Origin: Candidatus Colwellbacteria bacterium | GTDB lineage: Bacteria > Patescibacteriota > Minisyncoccia > UBA6257 > Colwellbacteraceae | Length of the DNA: 64,000 nucleotides | Assembly: GCA_016176525.1 (NCBI GenBank) | Contig: JACOWZ010000003.1 | Coordinates: 537,925 to 601,924 of the forward strand | Reading direction: 5' to 3' | Shown: in pieces, positions 46,348 to 56,259 of the stretch | Layout of the letters: each line of letters opens with the position of its first letter | Position numbering within the stretch: the stretch's first letter is position 1 | Made by a program: the position numbers and the translations under genes | The notes under the pieces: model-generated | What the model was told of the DNA's origin: nothing | The model's database searches: none | What the model saw: the letters and a program-made list of their open reading frames with translations, nothing else

Positions 46348-47778
46348 ATGCAACACGGACAGAACCTTGAAAACCAGAACGCAGAAACAAAACAGCTCTA
46401 CGGAGCTGCAGTGCTATTTGGCCTAGGCCAGCAAGGCAAGCGAGTAGTACAAAAGCTCGTGAACCTTCGAGAAGACGGCCACAAAGTGGATCTAACCGCA
46501 GTGTTTGATCCCAACCCCGCTAAGTTTGAGGAAGAAATCGTGCCGGGCAAAAGGCTCGCAGACATCTTCCCAGACACAAAGCGCATCGTCGGCACAATTA
46601 GAGATGCTCCTTTTGATATGAAAGGCATCACGGTTGTGTTTGACTGTTCAAACACCGTAAGTGACGGCGTGGAAAACCACACAGCAAACATGGAGGCGGT
46701 AGTGCAAAACGGCTTCCGCGGCACTTCGTGGAGCGGCAGAGACTGGTTCCGGACATATGCGGTTGAAAAACCGACATCTCTGGATGGCGAACGGCTAAAA
46801 AGACTTGTTATGGTTATGCGCAAGCGAAAGATCGCGCTAACCACTGACTACGTTGAGTCGTTTACTCCAGCAAAGAGCGCAACGATTAAGGACATTGCGC
46901 AGCACTCGCGAAAAGTTACGAGCATCAAGACATTCCGCCTGTCTTCCACACAAGAAAAGAGCGTAAAGACAAAACGCTTGGTTATCCGCCACAACAGCGG
47001 AGCTTGGGCAGACAAGGCGCATGACCCGATGCACGCAGCAATGGTTATTGCCGCGTCGCACGGAGACATAAGATACGCGCGCGTAGTTAAAGCAGATTTC
47101 CAAATGTTGGAGATCATCTCGCCGAACGGCATAAAATCGTACATCGCCAAAGACGGGCGGTTTGTGCCAGGCGAAGGTGAAGCAAAAAATCTGCAAGGTT
47201 TTAACGACGCGCATGCTAACGTAGCATGGAGTGCAAGCGGAGTAACCGTGCGCCATGTTTCTTCGCATCTTGGCGCAAAGCCCGAAGACCTGCGCGAAAT
47301 TGAGGGTTGGTTTACGCCAAACCTTAAGCACGCAGTTGCAGAGGCATCCACAAAGCGCGGAGAACCGCGCACACCGGCATCTGTTACTGCCGCATACGGC
47401 GCGAATTTCCAAAACTTGGAGGCTCGCGTCGCGAAGATTGAGTGCTCCGATGGTACTGCGTATGTTGAACAAACTTACGGCGCACCCGGAGGGCACTTCT
47501 CCGCTCGCATCAACCCTGACGGCACGGTAGACATTCTTTTTGAAGGTCCTCCGCCTGACGGAATGATGAAATGGGTATGGAATGCGTTCGCCGCGTCCGT
47601 GGGAGTTGAAAAACCGGCGTTCACAATGGCCGAAATCCTTAAGGACAACGAAATTATCCAACTCGCATCGTGGGCAGCAAACCGCGATACGACCTGGACT
47701 CTGGATTTAGGCGATCCCCAACAAGAGGCATTTGCCAAGTTCTTGGAAAAGCCCCTGCGAGAAGCAAACTGCTGGTAA
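46348..47778 (+). CDS. Divergent Rossmann-fold protein, Gfo/Idh/MocA oxidoreductase-like
   Basis: VLFGLGQQG, AVFDP, VEKP, D..HD motifs; TTGACA promoter and GAGG SD upstream. Confidence 0.6.
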   Translation: MQHGQNLENQNAETKQLYGAAVLFGLGQQGKRVVQKLVNLREDGHKVDLTAVFDPNPAKFEEEIVPGKRLADIFPDTKRIVGTIRDAPFDMKGITVVFDCSNTVSDGVENHTANMEAVVQNGFRGTSWSGRDWFRTYAVEKPTSLDGERLKRLVMVMRKRKIALTTDYVESFTPAKSATIKDIAQHSRKVTSIKTFRLSSTQEKSVKTKRLVIRHNSGAWADKAHDPMHAAMVIAASHGDIRYARVVKADFQMLEIISPNGIKSYIAKDGRFVPGEGEAKNLQGFNDAHANVAWSASGVTVRHVSSHLGAKPEDLREIEGWFTPNLKHAVAEASTKRGEPRTPASVTAAYGANFQNLEARVAKIECSDGTAYVEQTYGAPGGHFSARINPDGTVDILFEGPPPDGMMKWVWNAFAASVGVEKPAFTMAEILKDNEIIQLASWAANRDTTWTLDLGDPQQEAFAKFLEKPLREANCW

Positions 47779-47788
47779 AAAACCGGCA

Positions 47789-47822
47789 ACCCCGCTAGAA
47801 TAAAGTCTAAGCGGGGTTTTTA
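47789..47822 (+). terminator. Intrinsic terminator
   Basis: ACCCCGCT...AGCGGGGT plus T-run. Confidence 0.7.
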
Positions 47823-47839
47823 TTGTTATAAATGAAGAT

Positions 47840-48607
47840 ATGAAAGTTGATTATCATTTTCACCCGAATCTTCCGAAGAGCGACAAACGCGCGCGGCGTA
47901 AAGTTGCTAAAATATATTCTAAACTCCAAGATGCGGGTATTCGTTGCGTTATTATAACCGAACACGTTTACAAAAACTACCGGCGCGCGTGGCAGATGAT
48001 GTTGGAGCAAAAACCTGCAAACATTTCTATATTCCCCGGGCTAGAATATGTAACAAAAGAAAATATTGATATATGCATATTTGCAGAAACCGAAAAGATA
48101 TATCAACACGAATTTGTGCCATTTAAGTGGACTTATGAAGAAGTGCTCGCATACCTTAAGCAAAATACAGATATATTCGGTTATGTAACACACCCCCTTA
48201 CCTTAGGACAAACAAGTATTGTAGATAAAAAAGGAGCGGACTTTGCAAAACTTGCTATAAGCCAACTTGGAGCAGTTGAGGCGTCTTACACAGCTCTATC
48301 CAAGCTAAAAAATATTATAATTAGTAAGAAAACCTTAAATAGAATAAAAGACAACGAAAACCTACCGCAGGAATTCTATCCCAAGAATATAAAATTCCTA
48401 ACCACCGGAAGTGATGCGCATCATCCGTGGGATATAGGAATGTGCACAGAGGTTGAAGAAAAAAGCAGCGTGTTTGATTCAATAATAAGCAATAAAAGCA
48501 TGAAAGTAGTAGGCAAAAGAGATGCAACCGTAATACAAACTATAAGAAGTATATTAACGGTTATACACGAATGGTGGTTAAAAATCTGGTATAGGTTATG
48601 GAAATAG
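47840..48607 (+). CDS. PHP-domain metallohydrolase
   Basis: DYHFH, ITEH, PGLE, THP, GSDAH. Confidence 0.85.
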   Translation: MKVDYHFHPNLPKSDKRARRKVAKIYSKLQDAGIRCVIITEHVYKNYRRAWQMMLEQKPANISIFPGLEYVTKENIDICIFAETEKIYQHEFVPFKWTYEEVLAYLKQNTDIFGYVTHPLTLGQTSIVDKKGADFAKLAISQLGAVEASYTALSKLKNIIISKKTLNRIKDNENLPQEFYPKNIKFLTTGSDAHHPWDIGMCTEVEEKSSVFDSIISNKSMKVVGKRDATVIQTIRSILTVIHEWWLKIWYRLWK

Positions 48608-49131
48608 TAATACAAGTAATTTGGCTTTTATTGCCGGCGGCTGTCGCAAATATTTGCCCCGTAATTTTCCGCTTTTTGCCTATATTAAATTACCCGGTTG
48701 ATTTTGGTAAAACCTTTAACGGTAAGCCAATCTTAGGGCGCCACAAAACTTACAGGGGTTTCCTAGTAGGGATCTTGGGCGGAATATTAACAGCACAAGC
48801 GCAAAAAGCTCTTTACCCAATAATGGAAGCTTATTCAATAGTAGATTACTCGCAGATAAATATATTTATATTCGGTTTTGCGCTTTCTGCCTCTGCTCTT
48901 CTGGGAGATACCGCAAAGAGTTTTTTAAAAAGAAGGTTGAACATCGCACCGGGCAAACCATGGATTCCATTTGACCAAATTGACTGGATTGTAGGGTCAC
49001 TTATCGCGGCGAGTTTTTGGGTTACATTAAACCTCTCCATAATAGTGGTAGGCATTTTTGTGCTAGGCACGTTGCACTTTATACTCAACTTGATTGGGTA
49101 TGCAACCGGCCTAAGAGAAGAAAATCTATAA
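48598..49131 (+). CDS. CDP-archaeol synthase (CarS/DUF46)-like cytidylyltransferase
   Basis: LPAAVAN..P, PVDFG, ILG.HKTYRG, GD..KSFLKRR, PGKPWIPFDQID. Confidence 0.85.
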   Translation: MEIVIQVIWLLLPAAVANICPVIFRFLPILNYPVDFGKTFNGKPILGRHKTYRGFLVGILGGILTAQAQKALYPIMEAYSIVDYSQINIFIFGFALSASALLGDTAKSFLKRRLNIAPGKPWIPFDQIDWIVGSLIAASFWVTLNLSIIVVGIFVLGTLHFILNLIGYATGLREENL

Positions 49132-49699
49132 GAGCTTTAGTTGCTAAAAAAGCGGCAAAAAGCATAGATGTTATGTTTAGGTAATCCGCACCTGTAAAAA
49201 CATAAACCGTAAAAATCGCATAAGAAAGGTATGCCAAAACATTGGGGAATGCGCCTGCCATAGGGCGGATAAGCCAATCACTGACACGCCCCAGATTCTT
49301 GCGCACTACCATAAGAACCCTTGCAAGCAGCATAAAATAAACATAGGCTGCCCCGGCGGCTCCAGAGACTAAAGAGACGGCCGTAAGACCGATAATAAAC
49401 AAAGTAAAATTCAAGTTATCTACTAAAACGTCTGTAAACTTACCTTTATCTGAATCTACTTTTAAATATCTCGCCAACCCACCATCAAACGCATCCATTG
49501 CAAGGGCAGCAAGTAAAAAATAAAAAGACATAAGCGGATTTGTGCCAACAAAATATATAAACCCAAGCATCAAAAAAACGCCCGCAAAACTCAATGCTGA
49601 TGGGTGAACCCTAAAAAATGCCAAGACTTTAACTATAGGCCTAATTAGGGGCTCACGGATATCGCGTAGCCAATAATACATTTTCTCTTCGCCGTTCAT
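49085..49699 (-). CDS. CDP-alcohol phosphatidyltransferase family protein
   Basis: DAFDGGLAR...GKFTD..VD signature. Confidence 0.9.
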   Translation of the reverse strand: MNGEEKMYYWLRDIREPLIRPIVKVLAFFRVHPSALSFAGVFLMLGFIYFVGTNPLMSFYFLLAALAMDAFDGGLARYLKVDSDKGKFTDVLVDNLNFTLFIIGLTAVSLVSGAAGAAYVYFMLLARVLMVVRKNLGRVSDWLIRPMAGAFPNVLAYLSYAIFTVYVFTGADYLNITSMLFAAFLATKALIDFLLLGRLHTQSS

Positions 49700-49713
49700 A
49701 TAGAAATTATAAC

Positions 49714-49739
49714 AAAACCCCGCATTGCGGGGCTTTTTG
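49714..49739 (-). terminator. Terminator after rplL
   Basis: AAAACCCCGC-att-GCGGGGCTTTT. Confidence 0.7.
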
Positions 49740-50102
49740 TTATTGTAGTTCTACTGTCGCACCGACAGTTTCTAGTTTTTTCTTTAGCTCTTCTGCCTCT
49801 TCTTTCTTTAAGCCTTCTTTAACCATCTTAGGCGCGCCGTCTACAATGCCCTTAGATTCTGCTAAACCCAAACCAGTGGCTTCTTTGACCGCTTTGATGA
49901 CGTTAATCTTTTGGTCGCCTACTGCTTTAAGAAGCACATTAAACGACGTTTTCTCTTCGGCTTCTGCAGCGCCTGCGGCCCCTCCACCTGCGGCGGGCAT
50001 TGCGGCGGAGATTCCCCACTTCTCTTCCATCGCTTTAACTAATTCGGAAATCTCTACAACTGTTAATTTTTCTACTTCTTCTATTAATTTTGTTTTGTCC
50101 AT
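49740..50102 (-). CDS. rplL: 50S ribosomal protein L7/L12
   Basis: [27 protein letters not shown]. Confidence 0.97.
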   Translation of the reverse strand: MDKTKLIEEVEKLTVVEISELVKAMEEKWGISAAMPAAGGGAAGAAEAEEKTSFNVLLKAVGDQKINVIKAVKEATGLGLAESKGIVDGAPKMVKEGLKKEEAEELKKKLETVGATVELQ

Positions 50103-50108
50103 ATGGTT

Positions 50109-50615
50109 CTAAGTCGTTGCGACCTTTTTACTCCTCTCTTGAAGTACATACATAAGTTTTCTAACAGGTCCGGTAATCGCTCCCAAAAGCTGCCCGAGTA
50201 GAATTGGTCTCGGTGGCAATTTGCCTATCGCTATCACTTCTTCGCCAGAGATAACTTTTTTGCCTGCAACATCCAACCCACCCAAAAGCTTAAAAGTATC
50301 TTTACCTTTGCCAAATCTGTATGCAATGCCAGCGGCGTTTGATATATCGCTTTTAGAAAATATAGTGCCAACTTGGGCGCCATATTCTTTTTTAACGTCG
50401 TGCGGAACACCAAGACTTTTTAACATAAGAGTCAGAAGTCTCTTTTTTACAACCGTATATTTGCCTTCTGCTTCGTTTCTTACTGTGCGCCTAAATGCAT
50501 TTAAGTCTTTTGTTGGAACACCTGTAAAATCAGTAAAAATAAGGAATTTAGACTCTTTTGCAAGAGTCTCTGCCTCTTTTAACGCTTCTGCTTTTTGTGC
50601 TCTAGTTTTTGCCAT
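50109..50615 (-). CDS. rplJ: 50S ribosomal protein L10
   Basis: MAKTRAQK, DFTG, VVKKRL, KLPPR..LL; upstream of rplL. Confidence 0.93.
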   Translation of the reverse strand: MAKTRAQKAEALKEAETLAKESKFLIFTDFTGVPTKDLNAFRRTVRNEAEGKYTVVKKRLLTLMLKSLGVPHDVKKEYGAQVGTIFSKSDISNAAGIAYRFGKGKDTFKLLGGLDVAGKKVISGEEVIAIGKLPPRPILLGQLLGAITGPVRKLMYVLQERSKKVATT

Positions 50616-50744
50616 AAAAAATACTGCGTTTTCGCAGCGATAATGGTTCGACTAAACTCACCATCCTCGTTGGGGCTTATTGGTTGCCCAATTTCTGCGG
50701 AATTAAGGTAAGTATACTAAACCAGGAATTATTGTCAATACAAG

Positions 50745-50776
50745 AAAACACCCCCGCTGAAGCGGGGGTGTTTTTG
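50745..50776 (-). terminator. Terminator after the RRM gene
   Basis: AAAACACCCCCGC-tgaa-GCGGGGGTGTTTTT. Confidence 0.8.
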
Positions 50777-50786
50777 TGTACAAACC

Positions 50787-51092
50787 TTACTGCATGGGTC
50801 TGCGTGGGCGGCCAAAGCCACCGTTGCCTCTCGGCGCACGCTCTTCCATTGGTTTGGCAATGTTGACGGTTAAATTTCTGCCTTCAAAATCCTTTCCGTT
50901 CCACATATCAATCGCCTTTTGAGCTTCTTCGTCTGTAGACATTTCTACAAAACCGAAACCCTTGCTCCTACCAGACATCCTGTCAATAATTATGTTTACT
51001 GTCTCAACAGTGCCGGCTTGGGCAAAAGCGCTCTTTAAAGCATCATCTGTGGTGGAATATGGCAAACCGCCAATATACAATCTCTTAGCCAA
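50787..51092 (-). CDS. RRM (RNP-1) RNA-binding protein
   Basis: RLYIGGL (RNP2), SKGFGFVEM (RNP1); TTG start. Confidence 0.93.
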   Translation of the reverse strand: MAKRLYIGGLPYSTTDDALKSAFAQAGTVETVNIIIDRMSGRSKGFGFVEMSTDEEAQKAIDMWNGKDFEGRNLTVNIAKPMEERAPRGNGGFGRPRRPMQ

Positions 51093-51206
51093 GTTAATGT
51101 TTAATTTACTCTGTAGGACGACTTTACTTCTGCGAGTGTAACGAACTTATGTCGTCCTAACCTCGAGAACTACCTACTTACAGTGTATATACTACACCAA
51201 ACTACC

Positions 51207-54200
51207 TTAGAAGTCAATTGTGATATTTGATACCCTAAGCTGATAATCGCCATTCTGGAAATCAAACCGTATTGTATTGCTCACAGTTGAAAATACGTTA
51301 AATGTGCGGGTGGCATAAGTTCCGGTGTTACTCTCGGTGCACGTGCCGGCGCCTGTGTATGGAGTTGTAAAAGAGAACGTGTCCACCAAAGAGCCGTCAA
51401 AATAAGTTCTGATGTATGCTGTAGACCCATTACTATTGGCGTAATAACAATATTTGTAAGAAATTGCTACCGGGGAAGAGGTATCGCTAACACCATGGAA
51501 GGTTGCTAGTGTACCTGTGGTGCCATTAGCGCCTGTGGAATTAAGTTTACGGGCGTGGCGGCTAATTCCAGATTCATTTTCAAACTCCAAAGATGACGCC
51601 CAGTCATTGATGCCAAAGCTTGGAAAATCAGGATAAGTTCCATCTTCAAAAACATGCACAGAACCGCCATAATCTATATCTTGATACAAAGCCACTCTAT
51701 ATGTTGTACCTACCTTTGCCGATGAAGCGAAATCACCCCAGCCATAACTGTGCAAATTTGAGATAGCTGAACAGCAACTAAATCCTGTGGTGCTGCCTCC
51801 ATACCACGAATCTTGATACAGCGCTATAGGATAGTTATATACTACTGTTGCTGTGCGGCTGGAGTTTACGGTAAGTTTACACCTAACCCAATCAAGAGTT
51901 GTGCTCGTAGGAGTTCCGCTGTAACTCCACACCTGGTCATCACAGCCTGTAAAATCTTCTATAATCTTACCACTCAGTTCTCCTGTAGATGTAAGTTCAA
52001 TGTAGGTGCCGCCACTTATGCTTGGTTTTGAATAGTTTGTAGTGCCTCCATATGTCGATGGGCTGCCGGTAATAGAGACGCCAGATAATCCACTTGAGTT
52101 AACATTAAGTGTATATGACGCATAGGATCCCTGCGCATAGTAGTAGCCTTGATAGTAGCCTTGGTAATAGCCTTGATAGTAGCCTTGGCCGTAGTAATAT
52201 CCTTGATAATAGCCTTGATAGTATCCTTGACCGTAGTAATATCCTTGGCCGTAGTAATAACTTTGGTAATATCCTTGATAATATCCTTGGCCGTAGTAGT
52301 AGCCTTCTGAGTAGTAAGCTCCTTGGCTGTAGTAGTATCCTTCTGCGTAAGGTGTGACGCTAAAAGCAAACTCCGCTGGTGTTGTATCTTCATTTAACAC
52401 CGCGTCTCTGGCTTTAACCTCAAATGTATGGCTTCCGACTGACTGAGTCGGTAAAGTAACCGAAGTTGGAGTTGACCACGATGACCAACTACTACTGCCG
52501 CCCGTGAATGAATATTGCTTCCCTGATCCGCCGTTATATAGCTCTGAGATCTCTGCAGCAGATAAAGTACGGTTCCAAATTGCAAGTTCGTCAATTTTAC
52601 CGTCGGAGTCTCCGTAAAACGGAGCGTTCGTGCAGGTAGATTGATACATAAACCTATAAAGACCAATGTTAATCGGACAGCCGGATGTAAAAATTGGAGT
52701 TGTAGTAGGTGGGCTAAATGTAGCGCTTAACGCACCATTAATATAAGTCTTAAATGTGGTTCCAGACTTAGTGGTAGCGATATGATACCACTGGCCTGCA
52801 GAAAGCGCGCCGGTATCCCCCAGACTTGTCCACGATTCTTGTACTAGTGTTCTTACATTGCCGCTAGAGCTCAATACATAACTTCTGAAAGCCGTTGATT
52901 CACTTGATGTGGGTATATCAATAATTGTGAAGGACTCTCCTCCAACCCAACCATCTATAAATATCCAAGCGGCATAACTAAAGTCGCCTGATGGGAAGGT
53001 AGGGCTGCTCACTCGCGCATAATCATCGGCGCCATCAAAGCTTAACGCAGAGCCTATTTTGCCCGTTGCCCATGTAGTGTTATTAAATAAAGATCCATTG
53101 CTCGTGCCATGGCTATCAGAAAATGATGTGCCAGAGCCCTCATCAAATTTCCAGTAAGATATAAGACTATCTGTTAAAGTGGAAGATCCTCCCCCACCTC
53201 CTCCACCGCCCGGTACAAATTCAACATCCGCCTGGCCGTACATATAGTTTGTAACAGTATTCGTAGGCATACTATTACTTTGATACAAATACCCAGAATT
53301 TTTTATATTCACGCTACCGGAAGTTACAGGGGTGGTAAATGTTGTATAGCAGTAACCCCCGTCCCTTACAGCCACAAAATAATCAGTGTTTGCTGTAATA
53401 GAAACCGGAGTTATGTTTGTATAGACCCAATTAGTTGTACCTGTTGTGTTTACTGTTGCGCTCGCAAGTAATGCGCTGTCGCTTACTCTATAAAGTCTAA
53501 CGGTTCTTGTGGCTGAAGCACATCTAGACCCTAATTTAGTTATCTGGCCGTCAATAGACGCAGAAAATTTATAGCCCATATTATAGTCGCCAGTAGTTGA
53601 ACTTGGTGTTGCTATGCCGGTTGCCTGAAGCGGTGTTTCTGGTGTTCCGGAGTCTTGGCTAACCTGCCAGCTAAATGTGCATGGCGAGTTTGCGCCACCG
53701 CAATCAGACCCAGACCCACCATAACCGAATGTGGGAGTGGAATCTGATGTGCTGGCTCCGGGATTGCTTGTAATTACTGTGTTAGGCGCTGTGGTATCAA
53801 TAGTAAAGCTATATGAGGCTGGTGTAAGGTCTTCGTTTGGTACGTTCGTTACTGCATCCCTCGCTTTTACATAAAATGTATGCCCGCCATCAAGTAGGGC
53901 ACCTGTAGTCACCGATGCGGTAGTTGACCATGCGGAGTATGTGCCACTGTCAATTTTCCAGCTATATTGGCATGGGGTATGCGCATCTGTACAGCTATAT
54001 GCAAAGCTGGGTGTAGTGTCGGTTGAAACTGTGAGCGGGTTTGAAGTAATAGATGTTGCCGGACCCGTTGCATCAACCGTAAAGCTAAAGCTAGCCGGCG
54101 TTGTATCTTCTGTGCCAGCGCTATCTCGCGCTTTTACATAAAATGTGTGTGCACCATCAGATAAGGCTCCAGTAGTTGCTGAAAGCAAGGCTGACCATGC

Positions 54201-54740
54201 GGAATATACTCCGCCGTCAACTTGCCAAGCGAATTCACAGGTAGTTGTGTCGCAACCATATCCAAAAGTTGGGGTTGAATCATTAATTAATGTGCCAGGA
54301 GTAGAAAGAATCGCCGTAATCGGTATGCTATTTATCGTATTTAAAGTGTACCTCCTAAACCAACCGACACCCGGGCTTGTGTCTGATGCAACCTGCACAT
54401 CATTGTCCGGCCTGCCGTTGCCATCTGCATCTTGCATCCAAAGGTATGTTTTACGCAGTTGCGCATCTCCAATAAGCACTATTGAACCCTGAATATTAAT
54501 TGAATAGCCCGAGTTCCAAACGATTGTTTGCCCTGTGTTAACAGTAAGAGTAGTTCCCGAACTGACAGTTAAGTTGCCTTGCTCAATACCATCGGTGCCG
54601 CTGGGGAACTGACACGATGAAGACACAGTGGTGTTGCCCGAGGCATCCCTGGAACAATCAGCAGCAAAGGCGGGCTCGCCGTTTAAAAGCACAAAGAAAA
54701 ATGCGATAAAAGCTAATATGCTGATAGTTTTTTTAATCAT
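51207..54740 (-). CDS. Large secreted modular surface protein (Ig-like repeats, LamG, Tyr/Gly/Gln repeat, beta/gamma-crystallin-like domain)
   Basis: Signal peptide; repeated HTFYVKARD; YWKFDEGSG...WYHIA...IDELAIWNRTLS; LYQD.wYGG...D.ASS x2. Confidence 0.8.
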   Translation of the reverse strand: MIKKTISILAFIAFFFVLLNGEPAFAADCSRDASGNTTVSSSCQFPSGTDGIEQGNLTVSSGTTLTVNTGQTIVWNSGYSINIQGSIVLIGDAQLRKTYLWMQDADGNGRPDNDVQVASDTSPGVGWFRRYTLNTINSIPITAILSTPGTLINDSTPTFGYGCDTTTCEFAWQVDGGVYSAWSALLSATTGALSDGAHTFYVKARDSAGTEDTTPASFSFTVDATGPATSITSNPLTVSTDTTPSFAYSCTDAHTPCQYSWKIDSGTYSAWSTTASVTTGALLDGGHTFYVKARDAVTNVPNEDLTPASYSFTIDTTAPNTVITSNPGASTSDSTPTFGYGGSGSDCGGANSPCTFSWQVSQDSGTPETPLQATGIATPSSTTGDYNMGYKFSASIDGQITKLGSRCASATRTVRLYRVSDSALLASATVNTTGTTNWVYTNITPVSITANTDYFVAVRDGGYCYTTFTTPVTSGSVNIKNSGYLYQSNSMPTNTVTNYMYGQADVEFVPGGGGGGGGSSTLTDSLISYWKFDEGSGTSFSDSHGTSNGSLFNNTTWATGKIGSALSFDGADDYARVSSPTFPSGDFSYAAWIFIDGWVGGESFTIIDIPTSSESTAFRSYVLSSSGNVRTLVQESWTSLGDTGALSAGQWYHIATTKSGTTFKTYINGALSATFSPPTTTPIFTSGCPINIGLYRFMYQSTCTNAPFYGDSDGKIDELAIWNRTLSAAEISELYNGGSGKQYSFTGGSSSWSSWSTPTSVTLPTQSVGSHTFEVKARDAVLNEDTTPAEFAFSVTPYAEGYYYSQGAYYSEGYYYGQGYYQGYYQSYYYGQGYYYGQGYYQGYYQGYYYGQGYYQGYYQGYYQGYYYAQGSYASYTLNVNSSGLSGVSITGSPSTYGGTTNYSKPSISGGTYIELTSTGELSGKIIEDFTGCDDQVWSYSGTPTSTTLDWVRCKLTVNSSRTATVVYNYPIALYQDSWYGGSTTGFSCCSAISNLHSYGWGDFASSAKVGTTYRVALYQDIDYGGSVHVFEDGTYPDFPSFGINDWASSLEFENESGISRHARKLNSTGANGTTGTLATFHGVSDTSSPVAISYKYCYYANSNGSTAYIRTYFDGSLVDTFSFTTPYTGAGTCTESNTGTYATRTFNVFSTVSNTIRFDFQNGDYQLRVSNITIDF
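52120..52347 (-). repeat. Coding tandem repeats encoding a YYQG / YYYGQG low-complexity tract
   Basis: Mixed 12- and 18-nt units such as tagtagccttga and gtagtaatatccttggcc. Confidence 0.9.
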
Positions 54741-55201
54741 AATGTTAGCTCTATTATTGAATCGCTCGTGGCATCATATGCCGAGATAACCGCGTTGTAG
54801 CCTGTAACACTATCATAATTTGCAGCCCACTTGCCCTGCCAAAAGCCATCTCTGCTTCTGCCGTTTAAGAGCTCTAGTTGATACGGATATTCCTGTGTTT
54901 CGGTTTTTATAGTCACTGTGACCGATTTTACGGGCCTAAAATTTGTAACATGCACGCTAAACATCTGCTCCTCGCCGCGCTTAATATCAAACGGGTCAAT
55001 AAAGCCGCTTACTATTCTTGGACCCCTCTCGCCGCTAGAAACAGTAAACACCTCGCCCCTTTCCGACGGGCTCGGCACAAATTTATCACTATTCACTACC
55101 TGCTCTTCGCTAAAAGGAAATAAAGTTATAAATACAAAAAATATGGCAATTGCAAGCGCAAAGAGAGCTAGATAATCTTGTTGACTGCCTTTTTTAGCCA
55201 T
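54737..55201 (-). CDS. Hypothetical membrane-anchored beta-rich protein
   Basis: N-terminal TM; coupled to neighbours. Confidence 0.7.
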   Translation of the reverse strand: MAKKGSQQDYLALFALAIAIFFVFITLFPFSEEQVVNSDKFVPSPSERGEVFTVSSGERGPRIVSGFIDPFDIKRGEEQMFSVHVTNFRPVKSVTVTIKTETQEYPYQLELLNGRSRDGFWQGKWAANYDSVTGYNAVISAYDATSDSIIELTL

Positions 55202-55719
55202 TAATTAATTATAACATTATAAAGCACAGCGATGCTGTGGAGAATTGGCAAGGCAGATGCATCCCCAGACGGCTCTACAATTATGCGCCAGAGCATTGCC
55301 CTGCCTTTAGTATTTGGAAAAACAACTCTTTCTCCAACTTTCACACTATGCCAAGTTGCGCCGTCGTTAGAAAGTTCCAGAGTAATATCGCTATCGCCAC
55401 CGGTAAAATCCAGATTATCTATTGAGGCAGATCGCACCTCGCCACCGTAGGTGTTGAGGTTTGCAGAGACAAGCTGGCCGGGCGAGATAAAGGCCATTGC
55501 CTCGGGGTCATGCCGCATAGTTGTTTCTGCCATATTAATCCATGTCGCGCTAGAAAATATATCTGTAAAGCTTGCGTCGCGTGCGTCCTCCGGCGCCTCG
55601 CTCGTTTTACCATCCGTATAAATCCACGCTAGAAGTATGGCGCTTGCTAAAAGCAAAACAACAAGCGCGCCAAACGCTATTCGTTTACTATTAGTTTGCC
55701 CGTTACTTCGTTCCTGCAT
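55201..55719 (-). CDS. Hypothetical membrane-anchored protein
   Basis: N-terminal TM, LSNDGATW Asp-box-like motif. Confidence 0.65.
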   Translation of the reverse strand: MQERSNGQTNSKRIAFGALVVLLLASAILLAWIYTDGKTSEAPEDARDASFTDIFSSATWINMAETTMRHDPEAMAFISPGQLVSANLNTYGGEVRSASIDNLDFTGGDSDITLELSNDGATWHSVKVGERVVFPNTKGRAMLWRIIVEPSGDASALPILHSIAVLYNVIIN

Positions 55720-56243
55720 GAATTTTGGCAGTAAAATTCGTATTCGCCATGGCCAGAAACCTGGAATTGTATAGTTTCTGTTGTGCCCTCAATTATTTCT
55801 TTATAAACTCCCAGGTCCGAGAAAAAGATATCGTAGTTGCCGTCAACCGCTGTAAAATTAATCTTTACAATATCACCGGTGTTTACAACGATTGTACTCG
55901 GCACATATTTTTGATTCTCCCCGCTTATATCAAACTCGCGGCGCTCAACTGTGCCGACTTGTGTAACTTTTGTTGGTACAGCAACATCTTGATTGGCTGA
56001 ACTCCCCACTTCGGGGGTAGCTACTGTCTCTGTTATTTCTTTTCTTGTACCGCCCTCTACGGTTTCTAATGCATCTGGGTCGTTTGGTCTGAATCTGTCT
56101 TCACCCAAAACTACCACGCCTTCATCGGTTAACAATTGCGGTTCTTGTGTAGGCGCAGGTTTAAGTTGTAAAAATAAAATAATAATAACAGCAACTGCGG
56201 CAACCAGTGCCATACCCCATATTAACTGTGCCTTAACACTCAT
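55677..56243 (-). CDS. Cupredoxin-domain protein
   Basis: PSTIVVNTGDIV, GEYEFYCQNSC...GKLIV. Confidence 0.75.
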   Translation of the reverse strand: MSVKAQLIWGMALVAAVAVIIILFLQLKPAPTQEPQLLTDEGVVVLGEDRFRPNDPDALETVEGGTRKEITETVATPEVGSSANQDVAVPTKVTQVGTVERREFDISGENQKYVPSTIVVNTGDIVKINFTAVDGNYDIFFSDLGVYKEIIEGTTETIQFQVSGHGEYEFYCQNSCRNEVTGKLIVNE

Positions 56244-56259
56244 AGTTTTATTATATCAC

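Noticed and set aside
46837..47661. 274-aa minus-strand ORF and other long antisense ORFs
   Set aside because: Shadow frames of better-supported genes, with no motifs or expression signals.
52120..52347. Possible CRISPR array or DGR repeat
   Set aside because: Units are 12-18 nt, contiguous, lack unique spacers and are in-frame coding; no cas or reverse transcriptase gene is in the window.
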